Of a stretch of DNA of 64,000 bases, positions 17,620 to 35,341 are shown one piece after another; positions within the stretch are counted from its first letter, which is position 1, and every line of letters starts with the position of its first letter. The position numbers were made by a program, and so were the translations under genes. Below the pieces are notes generated by a model. That model saw only the letters and a program-made list of their open reading frames with translations. It did not search any database and had not been told where the DNA came from. Source of the DNA: the human T2T-CHM13v2.0 reference genome, Homo sapiens; NCBI RefSeq assembly GCF_009914755.1, contig NC_060930.1; one strand, written 5' to 3'.

Positions 17620-18632
17620 TGTGGTTTTATCTACCTTTGGCCTTTGATGATGGTGACGTACAGATGGGGTTTTGGTGTGGATATTCTTTCTGTTTGTTAG
17701 TTTTCCTTCTAACGGTCAGGACCCTCAGCTGCAGGTCTGTTGGAGTTTGCTGGAGGTCCACTCCAGACCCTGTTTGCCTGGGTATCAGCAGCGGAAGCTG
17801 CAGAACAGCAGATATTGGTGAGCAGCAAATGTTCCTGCCTGATTGTTCCTCTGGAAGTTTTGTCTCAGAGGAGTAGTCGGCTGTGTGAGGTGTCAGTCTG
17901 CCCCTACTGGGAGGTGCCTCCCAGTTAGGCTACTTGGGGGTCAGGGACCCACTTGAGGAGGCAGTCTGTCTGTTCTCAGATCTCCAGCTGCGTGCTGGGA
18001 GAACCACTACTCTCTTCAAAGCTGTCAGACAGGGACATTTAAGTCTGCAGAGGATTCTGCTGCCTTCTGTTTGGCAATGCGCTGCCTCCAGAGGTGGAGT
18101 CTGCAGAGGCAGGCAGGCCTCCTTGAGCTGTGGTGGGCTCCACCCAGTTGGAGCTTCCTGGCCCCTTTGTTTACCTACTCAAGCCTTGGCAATGGCGGTC
18201 ACCCCTTCCCCAGGCTCGCTGCTCCTTTGCTGTTTGATCTCAGACTGCTGTGCTAACAATGAGTGAGGCTCTGTGGGTGTAGGACCCCCGAGCCATGCGC
18301 AGCATATAGTCTCCTGGTGTGCCGTTTGCTATGACCATTGTAAAAGTGCAGTATTGGGGTGGGAGTGAACCAATTTTCCAGGTGCTGTCTGTCACCCCTT
18401 TCTTTGACTACGAAAGGGAATTCCCTGACCCCTTGCACTTCCCGGGTGAGGCAATGCCTGGCCCTGCCTCGGCTCACGCACGGTGTGCTGCACCCACTGT
18501 CCTGCACCCACTTTCCGACACTCACCAGTGAGATGAACCCGGTACCTCAGTTGGAAATGCAGAAATCACCCGTCTTCTGCTTTGCTCACGCTGGGAGCTA
18601 TAGACTGGAGCTGTTCCTATTTGGCCATCTTC
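17620..18632 (-). promoter_or_regulatory. L1 5'UTR with sense and antisense promoter region
   Basis: Recognisable L1PA 5'UTR; many CpGs decayed; activity not demonstrated. Confidence 0.7.
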
Positions 18633-18817
18633 CTTGTTCATTTTCTTACTTTGCCTCTGTCTTTTTCTGTCTCGTAGCTTCTGCTTACTCATATTTAGGT
18701 TGTGGCATATCACAAAGTGTCTTAGATTCATTCAGCCTTGGCATTTATCTTCCTTTGCTCGTTACACAGTTCTTTCGTTTTCTTAGTTCACATTCCTGAG
18801 AGAATCTGTTTGACTTG

Positions 18818-19462
<645 letters not shown>

Positions 19463-19799
19463 TTATTTGATGAAAACACTAGTGACTCTTACAGTTAGCC
19501 CCCCTAGCTACTAGGCATTCACTTCATTTTTGTTTCCTACCCAGAATACACACTTTGTCTTCATAAAAAAATTGTATGGGAGAAATTATGTATTTATACT
19601 CTTAGCCAGGTGACGTCTGGTAACTTCCTCCTTTAGCTTGCATCCCAGAATGAGAAGACCTGTGAAGAAGACCTGCAGCGTTGAGCAGAGCTTTACTCAG
19701 CCCTTAACTTTTGTTTAGCATGAACAAAAAAATAACTATTTGGTGTGGTAAGTCACTGAGATTTTGGGATTGTTATTATCAGCAAGAGCTGACTTAACA

Positions 19800-20015
19800 C
19801 AATGAGTTTTGGAGTAAGACCACCTGGGCTGAGTGTTAAGTCTGCTTGTTTTGTGATTTTGCATCAGTTTAAGTTCTCTGAGGCTGGGTTTCTTTATCTG
19901 TAAAATGATGTTAATAATGCCTATCTCACAGTTATGATGTGAGGATTAAAGTGGATGACTATTGTAAAATGCTTAGGGTAGCACTCAACACATGAGAAGA
20001 ATTCAATAAATGTCA
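19800..20015 (+). mobile_element. MIR
   Basis: MIR core tttctttatctgtaaaatg...gtgaggattaaa...aataaatg. Confidence 0.75.
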
Positions 20016-20289
20016 TTTCCCTTTCCTTTACTTTCCACCTTGCTGTCCCTGTTGGTAGAGTTATTCAAGTGCATGATTACTTGTTAAAAATCTCATAGAA
20101 AGGAATCAGCTGTGAGATTAGGAATTGAATAAAACGATCTTCTTAGGTGGACATTTTTAGCCCAAATTTAATAATTTCTTTTTGAAGAGAATCTAAGATG
20201 CTCTTATAACTGATCTTTTTCACAAATGGTAGGTTCCTGTACAGTGATAAACTAGATTTTTAAACTGAGCTAACTAGACCACACTACAA

Positions 20290-20665
20290 CATACCTGGCT
20301 TATGAAATGGGAGGGCTGAAGTCTGTAGGGCTGCCCGGAAACTCAGGTAAGAGTTGAAATTGTAATCTTGAGTCTGAAATTCATAGGGAAGGCCTCCATG
20401 CAGGAAACTTGGGCAGGATTTCTATATTACAATATTGAGGCAGAATTCCTTCTTCTTCAAAAACATGTTTTTGCTTTTAAGGCCTTCAGCTGATGGGATG
20501 AGAGCCAGCCATGTTATCCAGGGTACTTTCCCTTTACTTAAAGTCAGCTGATTGTAAATTGTTAATCATCTCTACAAAACCTTCACAGTGCCACCTCGAT
20601 TAGTATTTGACCAACTAACTAAGCACCATCATGTAGCCAAGCTGACACATAAAAATTAAGCACCC
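20290..20665 (-). mobile_element. MLT2-type (ERVL) LTR fragment
   Basis: ggccttcagctgat...tacttaaagtcagctgattgtaaa...gctgacacataaaaattaa. Confidence 0.7.
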
Positions 20666-23600
20666 CTAGGTGAAAAGGTACTGCCTGCAGCAGAAGAGGG
20701 TATGAGGGGCACAGAGCCCCCTCCTGGTCATGAAACATTGAGGTCATGCTTCACCTAGTCATGAAGCATTAAAGGTTGTGGCAGCCTTGTTCTCCATGCT
20801 TTTTCAGTACATGTGATGTTGTATGGTGGGGGCAGGAGCATATAAGCCAGTGTGAATGGTTTTTGTTGCAGTCTCCATACAGACCAGGGGTCTATTTTTT
20901 TTTTTTTTCAAACTTGAAAGAAAAGTAGAACATTTTACTTATACTTAGAGCTACAAGTGGCTTGTTAGATATCAGAGAGTGTACTGAATTAGAAAAAATG
21001 TTCTACTGTTGGCCAGTTGCCACCAACAGAAAAGTTAGGAAGATGTTTAACTTGATGGAGTGCTTAATTTAGTGATAGTTTTTGGTGAGCTTTTGGAAAG
21101 CTTTACTAGGATTTAGGAATATGCCTGAGTCTCAGTAAGCTTCTCCTTAGAGAATTGAAGAGTCTCTGCAATTCCACAGAAGGCAGTACACTCGAAAACC
21201 ATCAAAAGGATATTATTCTGTAATGCTCGTAAGTTCTGTCTTTAGCCAGTTAAATATGATATCTACTGGATTTTAAATGACTATCATTTTAAAGAATGTC
21301 TTTTAAGAGTTTACTGATTTAAATCTTTTGATAGGCCTGTCTTATGGCTGTCATCCTGATTTAAAAAAAAAAAAAAGCTTTTCAATTGAACTTTCAGGTT
21401 GACCACTAGTTATAACTTCTAAAATCTCTATGGATTTGATTTACTGCAAAAGTAATATCATTAATTTTATAAGACTACTTCTAAGCTGTGTTTTCCTTGC
21501 TTTTGGATTTTCCCTATGACAAATGGAGAAGGACTGTTAACCAAGTTTTATTGGGGTAAGATCAATTTTATGAAGCCTAATGACTTCTTATTCTAAATTT
21601 TACCTGAGCAATGTTCCAGCTTAACTGAATGGCTCATAATATTGAGTGACTCTCTTGTCAGCTCTTTATTGATTAATGACACAGATAAAAAAGATGTACC
21701 TTGTCACAGGAGGATTAGAATCAAGGAAACTAGAAGTCTCTCATCTCATCTCAAGACAGATAAAGTCTATATTTAAGGATGATACGATCCATGAAAGAGA
21801 AGGAAAAGTCAGGGCTTAGTTAAGCAATGTGGAGATGAGAGGAGGGATAAGGAAAGAGAAAGCTCATGCAGAGATACTGTTTTGAAGATAACTCGTGGGG
21901 AAGAAATGGGCAGTCATCTGGGCAGCCAGCAAAACCTATTCCATGAACCCTTGGTAAGTAAGTGGCTTTGATGACATAGTGGAAAAATGAGCACTGTTAC
22001 TGGCTGTCTTGTTGTTTAGCTGTCAGAAAAGATTGTGCTGCTTCCTACATCTGCTCTCACATGCTCCTTCACCTGCTCTGTCTTACTGAGATGGATAAAC
22101 CTTGTAGTTCAGGACTGTCAAGGGCACTGCAATTAGTACTAAATCATCCTCACTCTGACAAGTTCTGGCAACAGAAGTTTCTGGCAGATGTGTAAGTGCA
22201 TTTTCAGTGTTTCCTGAGTGTCTGAAGGCATAGCAGAGCCCTCCATACACTGTGCAACTTAATTCGATAGTGAATTCAATGCAAGTTTAGAACAGGAGAA
22301 ATATTAGAAATAAAGATGGGCTGTTGTTTTTTGCAAGTCATGATCAACTTTGTTTAATTTTCAATGTATGTATCTTTAATAAGGTAATAGGAAATCCATG
22401 TTTCATCTTGAAACTCCAGAAAGGGTTTTTATATATAAATGTTGCTGTACCTCAGATGCTGGTGTACTTCAGATACTTCTTCCCAGAATCGAATTAGCTA
22501 GTTCTGGAAGAGCATATAAATAATAGTGATCAAAGAATATACCTAGTAGCTAGAAAATAAGAAATGATCACTGAGAAATTAAAACATTATGGATTTAAAA
22601 TGTTGGTTTAACTTGAAAGACAGCTCTAGAGCAGTGGTTAAAAGCCCTGGCTCTGGGACCAGACTATGTGGAGTTAGATACCTTTGCCTTTATTATTTAA
22701 GCATTCCAAACATTTCTTTTTCTGCAACCCAAGGGTAGTAACATACAGGCAAAAGGATTAAATGAGATATTAGGTTAAAAGATGACTGACACAGTTATCT
22801 GTCCAATGCATGTTGGTTGTCTTTATGATGGTGATGAAGATGAGACTTCCATTTTCCATGCTCAAGTAAGTCAAAATGAGCGCAGAAAGCTGGATAAACA
22901 TAGATTGTTTGTAACCATTTTGGCAAAAAAATCACAGGAGAGTGTGGTAAAAGATTAAAATAAAACCTAAGGAGGTATAAAAAGATGAAGGTATTAGAAA
23001 TCCTATCTCTACAAAAATCGAGGAAATGGAGAAAAGATAATTTGTGGGCTTTCAGAATAATTTGTTAGCATTTTCAGTTTTATGCATTTGAATATGGTTT
23101 TGGATTTGCCAAACTATTGTCCTGAAACTTTTGAATTAATGTTGTAATTGTGTACTAGTGTTTTATCCTATTTCACAGAAGTCCCATGGACATTAGATAA
23201 ATAAGATTAATTAGCCTCTTTGTTACCAGTTGTCAGAACTATAAAGAATCCTTTCACTTGTCTGGCCTAACCGTGATATTGGATTTGGTCAGGGGTTATG
23301 TAGGTGTTTGTTTTCTTAGTTTGGTTCTTTGTGATCTGGCTGTAACCTTAGTCTTAGGCTGCCATAGTAGAAGAGCTCTGTTGCAGGGAGTATTTCCTTT
23401 GTTGCTTAAGAGAACCCCACTTACCTGGAGCTGCTGTCTTGACCGTGTCTTCTTTTTATGATATGGCTAATGTGCGAGAGTCACCCGGTTGCTATAGAAG
23501 TTTTTATTCCTTCTATTATTTTTAACAAAACTCTGATGTTAGTTATTCAGTTATTATCTGATTCCTCTTGAAAGTAGAGTCTTTAACAAATACAAAAAAG

Positions 23601-23937
23601 GAAGCTTCCAGTTAATCAAGATTTAACTGCTTCATAGAGAAGCTGAGAGCTGTTAAACAAATGTAGTCAGACATCCCCTGCTATGTGCTACTCTTTAGTT
23701 TCTGGTTCATTATGTCACATATTAGTATTGTTTATATCAGAGCAGGCTTGTGTTCAACAGTGAGAAGTGAGCTAGCTGTTTCAGGGTGTTAAGACAGTTT
23801 TGGCTTTTGGGCAGATTAAATAAATGGGATCTTCTAAGTGGCAGAGGGGTGGTGGGAAAAGCACTGGCTCGGAAATCTAGAACTGAGTTCTAGTTCTGGT
23901 TTTGTTGGTGACTACCAGCATGTGATATCCACAACTA

Positions 23938-24250
<313 letters not shown>

Positions 24251-24619
24251 AGAAAATAAAGGAGATTGGCTAGATAATATCTCTGATTGTTTCTGTCTTT
24301 AATTATTTATCCTGATTTGGTTCTACGATTCAAAAAACCTTTTTTTAGGAGATGGAGGGAAGGAGAAATGCCACCAAATGCCTTTTAAAGCATCTTCAGA
24401 GATTTCAAACCTGTCTGACCTTCTTTACATCAGGGCACTGAAACACATGGGAGTACCAGGCATTAACAGTATCTCAAACCCACGCAAGCTATATTCCTCA
24501 CACAGAGGTTCCCTTCTTCAGATGGTGGTGGTACCATCCCAGAGTGGGTTAGCTGGCTGGTTAAAGAAATGTGGCCTACTCACTGGTCTTGAATCAGCAT
24601 TCCTTGTGTGGTTTGGAAG

Positions 24620-25395
24620 TCTTTTTATGATCGAGTCCCTGCCTCTTCCTCTCCAGTTGTGCTGGCCTTCTTTTAGTTCCTGGAATGCTGAGTGCTTCCT
24701 CCTGACATAAGATCTTCTTTATCCTTGCCACTCTCTTTGCCAGGAATGCTCTTTGCACCTCCCTCAGTCTAATGCTGTTTGTTGTGGCACCTCTCTCAGT
24801 TAGCTAACTCCTACTCACTCTCCAGGTCTTCCCTCAAAAGGGCCATTCCCCTGATCTGCCTGACTTGGTCACTTGTCCTTATTATGCACACTTTCAGTGC
24901 CATGTAATAATGTCACGTTTGTTTGTGTGGTTACTTGATTAGCCTGTTCCTTCCCCGATATTCTGTAAGCTCCGAGAATGCAGATCACATGCTTTGCTGT
25001 CTTTTGTATTTCTTTTTTTCCTTTTCTTTTCCTCCCGAGATGGAGTCTTGCTCTGTCGCCCGGGCTGGAGGGCAATGGCGTGATCTCAGGTCACTCCAAC
25101 CTCCGTCTCCCAGGTTCAAGTGATTCTCCTTCCTCAGCCTCCCAAGTAGCTGGAATTACAGGCACGTGCCACCACACGTGGCTAATTTTTGTGTTTTCAG
25201 TAGAGATAGGGTTTCACCATGTTGGCTAGGCTGTCTTGAACTCCTGATCTCATGATCTGCCCACCTCGACCCCCAATTGTGTTGAGATTACAGGCATGAG
25301 CCACCACGCCCGGCCTGCCTTTTGTATTTCTGGTGCCTAACTCAGTGACTGGAACCTAATAGGTACTCAGTGTAGATGGGTTGAATGAATAAATA
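24620..25395 (+). mobile_element. L2 3' fragment interrupted by an Alu
   Basis: cctggaatgct...ctgtaagctcc...gtgcctaac...tgaatgaataaat L2 terminus. Confidence 0.65.
25014..25315 (-). mobile_element. AluS
   Basis: Dimeric Alu; TSD tg(t/c)cttttgtatttct. Confidence 0.95.
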
Positions 25396-26274
25396 AGCCA
25401 GCTACCAAAGCCTCTTGACTTGGAATAGGTTATGATAATAATGATAACAACCACCACAATAACAGCAGATATTTATTATGTACTTCCTGTGTGCCAGGCA
25501 CTATTCTCCTCCTCTCCATCATCATCATTGTTTCCAAAATCACCATTACCACCACTTTTTGCGTAGTTACTGTGCAGAGTACTTCATGTGTTATTACATT
25601 TAATCTTAACAGTATACTTTAAGGTAGGTACTATTACTATCCCTCTTTTTCAGATAAGGAAGTTGAGACTCAGAAATTTAATAAACGGCTTATTAACTCA
25701 GGAATTCTAGGTCCCTAGTATTCACATCCTTGGCAACTATGTCTTTATAGTTGGGATTATTGTAGGAAAAAGTCAGGAGCTTGCTGTAATGTTTGCTACT
25801 CTGATCATTGTAACACAGTGTAACTTCATGTAGGTCTACCACTACAGTAAGAGTGTAGTGGATATCTTGTCACTTATTAGATGCTACCCAGCATCTATTT
25901 TCCTGGGAAATTCCTATGTGTGGAAATCCCTTCTCCCTTCCATGAAGACAGAGCCTCCCTTCTATTAAGCTGAAAATGTCAGACACTTGCTTTCTCAGCT
26001 TTTCTTGTAGCTAGGGTATGGGCGTATGATGCATTTGCCCCAGTTTCTGAATCAGAAGCTAGTGACACAAAGAAGTTACCAGGGAGAGAATCCATTCTGC
26101 TGAAGTTAGGCGGGAGCAGCAGCTATACTGGGTTTCCAGACAGGACTGTCAGCCAATCTAGAGGTAGCATCCAGGGCCCAGAGTTAGTGGTACAGACTCT
26201 AGGGTTGTGGTTTCTTCACGGAACCTGTTTTAAGGTATGATTTTGGACTTTGTCCCAGATCTGGATTTCCAAAA

Positions 26275-26540
26275 GGCAGTATAAAGCATGGACTCTCATG
26301 CTAGACTGACTGGGTTCATATCCCAGCTTTTATCTTGGCTCTGCCACTTACCAGTCTTGTAACCTTGCTTGAGGTGGTTAGTTAACCTCTGTGTGCCTCA
26401 GGTCCCTCAAATGTAAGAAGGGGAAATAATAGCATGTACCTCATAGGCTTCTTTTGAGGATTAGGTGACTTATTTAAAGTAAAACTCTTAGGACAGAGTC
26501 TGGCATATTTATTGTAATGTACATTAGTGCTTTCTATCAT
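26275..26540 (+). mobile_element. MIR
   Basis: ctgggttcatatcccagct...ctctgtgtgcctcag...gaggatta. Confidence 0.75.
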
Positions 26541-26562
26541 TTTTTTTTCTTGATAATGATTC

Positions 26563-29309
<2,747 letters not shown>

Positions 29310-31065
29310 TATGGCCCAGGGGTTTGGGGCCCCTGTTCTAAGTACTTACTATTTTTAGCAAATATTTTGTCTAATTAAATTTATTAGTTGGTGTATGTCA
29401 CTGACAACTTAGAACCCTGACTAATATATACAGCTCATACTTAGTGAATAACTATGTGTGGGATATAGTATAATCATGGGTTTCCTTTTAGGAGGGGATT
29501 TATAGAACCATTTCTTCATGTATGTTCAGGGCCAAGGCTAATGTTATTTTTATTAAATGCCCAAGTCATTTGCTCTCTAGTTTATTTCGGGTTGATTTAT
29601 TTCATTGAAGACCTTAGGCCTTGACTCCAGGCTTGTTGCAATTTTTGTTTGTAAGCCCTGAAACAGAGATTCTATTCTCCCTGAGGGAGAAATGGTTATG
29701 AAGAGAGCTTCTCATGTTAGGATGTAGTGGCTGGTGTCAGGCAGTGATTTCCTTATCATCACCGTTGTGATTATCTTGGCATACATATATTGCTGATAAT
29801 TGATATTCTCTATGAAGAGCCTGTTTAACTCACGTCTCATCCCAAGTGAAGGGCCATCTTGAGCCTGAGTTTCCCTCTGGAACTCTCTTTATGTTGCTGA
29901 GAAGCACAGTGCCTCCTGGCACATTAGCTTTCAGTCTGTGAAAGCAGATACTTTCAAATGGGAAAATGCCATGCAAGGTGAACTGTTGGTATTTTCACAG
30001 CAGGCAAATTCTTAGCACCCTCAGTATAAAAACACTAGTGAATCACATTTATGGTTTTGTAACCATTACAATGAGAACAGACAGTGACATTCAAATCTCA
30101 GAAAATTGAACCCTTGATATTGATTGTTAATGTGGAAAACTTGAAGAAGCAGGTAGAACACTGTGACCTTACGATGTGAATTCTCTAATCAGACCATACA
30201 GATCAGTCAAGTATTTGACTTATTGATTTTTGGAGAAACAAGCTATTTTGTATGCAAGATATGAAAATACTAGAAGTTTTCGCCCTTGATTCAGAATAAG
30301 CAATGAGAGTCAAGGTCTTATGCAGTAAATTTGAAGTTATGTTAAGTAGTATATACTTTCAATATTTTAACAGAAGGGATCATCAGTTTTCTCATACATG
30401 TAGCTACATATTTAAAACAGTATTATTTGCATTTATATTTTAATTTCTGTTTTATCTCATATTAATTTATTAATACAGATGTAATGTTATTAAGAACCAA
30501 ACATACTATTCTAAATATTTAAAAGATCTCCACCACACAGAATTATAAACTTCTGCGGCCCACATTTGAACATACTTCTTTTCTGCAGTCTCATCTCTGT
30601 AAACTTTGCTCACTTAAAAAACTACTCATTTAGAGCTTTATCTCCAATTTCTAGTACTTTGGAGGCTAAAAATGCAGTTGGCTGAGTTACCCTGACCTGT
30701 TAAAGCAGTCTTTCCATTTTAACTTAAGTTCACCTTAAGAAACATAGATTATCTTTGGACAAATGGTGTTGGATGAATTCTGCTTCCTAAAACAATAATG
30801 TAAGTAGTATTTGAGTAAGTAAGTATTTGAGCATTGTGGCATTTTATCAGAACAATTTAAATTTTCCCCTAATCTCTTCAATCACATCTTACAAATATTT
30901 GAAAACAATTATTTCCTCACTCTGGATAACCCTGTTGTACTTGCAGCCTCTCCTCCTTGCGACCTTCTTTTCTCCTTGGTGCTGTGTTCTGCAGCTGGCT
31001 CTTCATTTAAATTCCACCACAAATTAGTTGGCTTGGGTTTTCAGTGTTCTGCTTTAAGTAAGAGG

Positions 31066-31153
31066 GGCCTCTCCCCCTCTCCTTCTCACCCTCTCCCTCT
31101 CTCCTTCTCAGTCTCTCCCCCTCTCACCCTCTCTCCTTCTTCCTCTCTTTTTT
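31066..31153. repeat. CT-rich low-complexity tract
   Basis: Direct reading. Confidence 0.85.
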
Positions 31154-31914
31154 TGGCAAAGAGTAATCTTTAGGCAGTCTTAGCTTCTCCCAAAGCTTAA
31201 GACTAGAGCATTGCTGCTTAGGTAGAATAATGTGTAGAGAGAACTCTCATGTTTCAGAATGACTTTGAGAAACCCCAAATCCCAAAATTGTTTTAATCTT
31301 TAAATGACGTTGAGATTTTTATATCGAAAGTATTAAATAATTGTATGTAGCCTCTTGTTGGTAGATATTCTAATTTGGTAGGATTAAAACACATTGTCCT
31401 TTAAAAGCTTACTAGTTATAGCTAGTTTTAGTTACAGCCTACATCTTGTGTTTTTATTTTTATGGTTCAAATAGTGCCTGAATTCTAGATCTGCATGAAA
31501 ACCATGCTTTCTTCTCAGCGTTTGGCACTTTAGTTGTCCCTCCCTGCCAACTACCTTCTTTACATATACACTTCAGAGGTTAAATAAGAGGAAGCTAGAA
31601 TGAGTCTGAATAGTAGATTCTAAGGCACAATTACAGTATTAAAATCTCATTCATCTCTGCTCCAGTTTTGAAAGAGCATTGGTGGGAAATTATAATTATA
31701 GCAATAGCTGAGTTGGCTCCTTGTGACACAGATTTATAATGTTAGATATTAGGGATACTTATTTTTTTTTTCCATCCAAAGTCTAATTTTCTGAGTCACT
31801 TGGAATTTTAGATCTTGCCTTTCTCCAGGGACCATCTGGTTTGGAAAAGGTACAAAGATTGTGAGCTGTGGTATGGGCATGTGGAAGAGATACTAGCACA
31901 AGGCACTAAACAAA

Positions 31915-32210
31915 TAGAGGAGAGAGATGGCTAAGGCAGAAAGAGCAGGAGAGCCAAGGGGAGGGAGTTAATAAGGCAAGAACAATAAAAAAGGGTGGTT
32001 GGTGAAGAAGGTGTTGTGGTGAAAAGGAAGAGGAGATTGAGGAGAGAGAATGTAGAGAAGAATAAATGGTGATAAAAGGATGGAGGGAGAATGGATTCAA
32101 AGGCAGAAAAATTAGTAATAAAAGAGCAGTTAAAGGAGAGTAGGAGGTAGAGAGTAGAGGAGGGTGAGGAAAGGAAGGTTACAAAGATGGTGAGGAAGGA
32201 AGAAAGAAAT
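31915..32210. repeat. GA-rich low-complexity tract
   Basis: Direct reading. Confidence 0.8.
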
Positions 32211-32755
32211 GGATTGACTCCATATCCAGTGTTCTGCTAACATTGGTGGTAGTCACTGCTGTTAGCTACATGGTCTGTTTATATTGAAGGTGAAATCACA
32301 GCAGTATAGGGCAGATCAAGTGGCATTTAATGCTTCACAGTTCCTGGAGGGGAATGGATGAACAATGAATGATTTGCATCTTTTTACTTTTGTAAAGAGT
32401 CATGAAGTTAAACGGAATTAAGTGAATCATCAAATCACCTTGTTTTCCTCTGAAAAAAATTAAGTATATGCTTTGGAAAGAGAATTTATTTGTGTAGCAA
32501 TAACAGTTTATTAAATACATGAAAAGTTGAATTTTACATATTTCATTCAAGATAGGAGAAAAAAGAAAACTTAAGCTAAACTTTTAAAAGACACAAGGTG
32601 TTATAAAGCAGCTTTTGGTGACATTTATTGTGGAGCCCTTGTTTTGAGATATGCGTTTTTTTTTTTTTTTTTTTTGGAGAACTGTTGTTGCTGACCAGGG
32701 AATATTTTAAAACTAGAAATAGGGCCTTCATTAGCTTGGAGTTATTCAGAAGTCA

Positions 32756-33109
<354 letters not shown>

Positions 33110-34088
33110 CTATGCAGTTTGTCAAAACGGGCAAACTGAGTCTCCTAAAGAGGGCCTTTCTGTGTAAAGTGAAGTTCTGCCTAGGATTGGTCCTTCCTGT
33201 GTAAGTGAAGGTCTGGTGTGGAGCACTTCAGTTATCACTTGACGGATTCCTAGCTGGCTACACTTGATACTTGTATCTTTAAATTTTTCTTGATTTGTAT
33301 TTTTGTGTGGGGCAATTTTACCTAATATATTATTCCATTCACAGAATAGAGGAATTTAATCAGCATGAAATCTTGGAATGTTCATATCTCAGAATAACTA
33401 ATTAAATATATAATAGACCATTGTGAAAGTTGGCCTTACTGGTCTATTAGATTGAATATAAAAAGGGACAGCTAAAGAAAAATTATTTTGCTTAAAATAA
33501 AAACATTCTTTTAAAAGTTTGCTTTGGAGAGCAGGAAGCAATTGTATTGTAAGTATGTATAATTATCTGCATTCCTTTCCAACCTCTTTGGGATCAAATT
33601 GGTTTTCTCCAGGAAAGGCAATTATATGCAGGAGGCCACTTTTTGTTGAATTAGTGTGTGTTGCATGTGGTGCATCCCACAAACCTGAAATCAGAGATGC
33701 ACTGCTATGATTTATAATACCCATTAATTACAGCTTTGTATTAAAGGCTTTTAGTTTTCTGCTTCAGTAAACCTAAATTCTCCCTTTGAAGAAGAATTGC
33801 TTACATTAGGTCTTATGCTAACTAGTGAATCCTGTCTTTTAGAGTCTCATCAAGGGTACTTGATGCAGCAAGAACTTCTCAGTTGGCTTTAAATGGGCTT
33901 TGCTGAAGCTGTTTAAGATTGTAGGGTGATGAGATAACTGGAAGAGATTCTGGTCTTGTGATGGGGAGGTGGCACACAACATGATTCAAAGCATTAATCA
34001 AAAAGGATTTATGCACCAGATGTTTATCATCCTTATAGCTCCATGCCAGACTTTGTACTGTATCTGATGTACACACTTTCCAGCTAGC

Positions 34089-34242
34089 TCAGTGGTTCTT
34101 AACCCCAGCTGTTCTTTAGATTCACCTGGAAAACTTTTTTTAAAAAGTGCTCTGTTTTCACCCCAGAAGAATTAAATACTAGGCATGGATGTTTGTAAAG
34201 GGCCCCTTGTTGAATCTAATATGCAGTCAAGACTGAAAACAC
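34089..34242. mobile_element. MER5-type hAT-Charlie MITE
   Basis: cagtggttcttaacc...ttcacctgg...tctaatatgcag...gactgaaaac. Confidence 0.7.
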
Positions 34243-34858
34243 AAGTCTATTCAGTCCTTCATCGTGGCTTTTTACTTGAAAAGTTAGATTTCCCCTTCCC
34301 TTTGTTTTCAGCTTCTTATTCCTTCCAGAAGTAAATAATGTGACCAAGCAAAACAAACGAACAAAACCGGGTTGCATTATTTTTTCCTGAGCTTCTGTGA
34401 TAGTTTCATTCTATATTTGGGGGACAAATATTTCCCTGGCAACCCTCTTAAGTTTTGTAACTTTACCTTCCACCACCCCTGCGCCCTATCTGAAGAATAT
34501 CTAGTCTAAGTCTAAGGTCTCTTTGCTAAACTTGAATAACTTTGCCAGAGACCTGCTTTTCAGTGGGGCTCTACTGTTTTTTTTTTTCTCTGTGAATATT
34601 TAAAATCACATTTCGACTTAGAAAAGTTTTGAAATTAGGATGATAGTGTTTTTCATTACATCTTTTCTTGTGCAAATTACTCATTAAACTTCATTTTGTT
34701 TAGATTTCACATGCTTGAGGAATTTGTAGATATTATGCATCCATTTTTTAAGGAAAGGAAGCATGATTAAGTATAGACTAATCTTCCAAAGCATCAGTTT
34801 GTCCATTTGAAAAATGTCTGTGTTTGCTATCTACTTTTTCTGCAATTCTGCTATCTTT

Positions 34859-35155
34859 TTTTTTTTTTTTTGAGTCGGAGTCTCGCTCTGTCACCCAGGC
34901 TGGAGTGCAGTGGCGCCATCTTGGCTCACTGCAAGCTCCGCCTCCCGGGGTTCATGCCATTCTCCTGCCTCAGCCTCTGAGTAGCTGAGACTACAGGCAC
35001 CTGCCACCATGCCCGGCTAATTTTTTGTTTTTTTTTAGTAGAGACAGGGTTTCACCTTGTTAGCCAGGATGGTCTCTAATCTCCTGACCTCGTGATCTGC
35101 CTGCCTCAGCCTCCCAAAGTGCTGGGATTACAGGCGTGAGCCACCGCGCCCAGCT
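34859..35155 (-). mobile_element. AluY
   Basis: Y diagnostics gcaagctccgcc, gccattctc, ttagccaggatggtctc; TSD tctgctatcttt. Confidence 0.95.
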
Positions 35156-35312
35156 TACTCTGCTATCTTTAAAAACATTTAAAATTTTTTTCATTTTTAT
35201 GTGTACATAGTAGGTGTATACGTGCCATTTTAAATTTGAATATATTTGGAAATAATACTCTACTTGTGGCAGGTATTCCTAAATGATGTTGCAAGAAGTT
35301 AAGCAGGGAGAA

Positions 35313-35341
35313 TACTACTACTGCTGCTGCTGCTGCTGCTG
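35313..35341. repeat. Compound TA(CTA)2(CTG)7 trinucleotide repeat
   Basis: Direct reading. Confidence 0.9.

Noticed and set aside
33668-33704. Hairpin gtgcatc...gatgcac as a miRNA or ncRNA
   Set aside because: Stem too short for a pre-miRNA; expected by chance.
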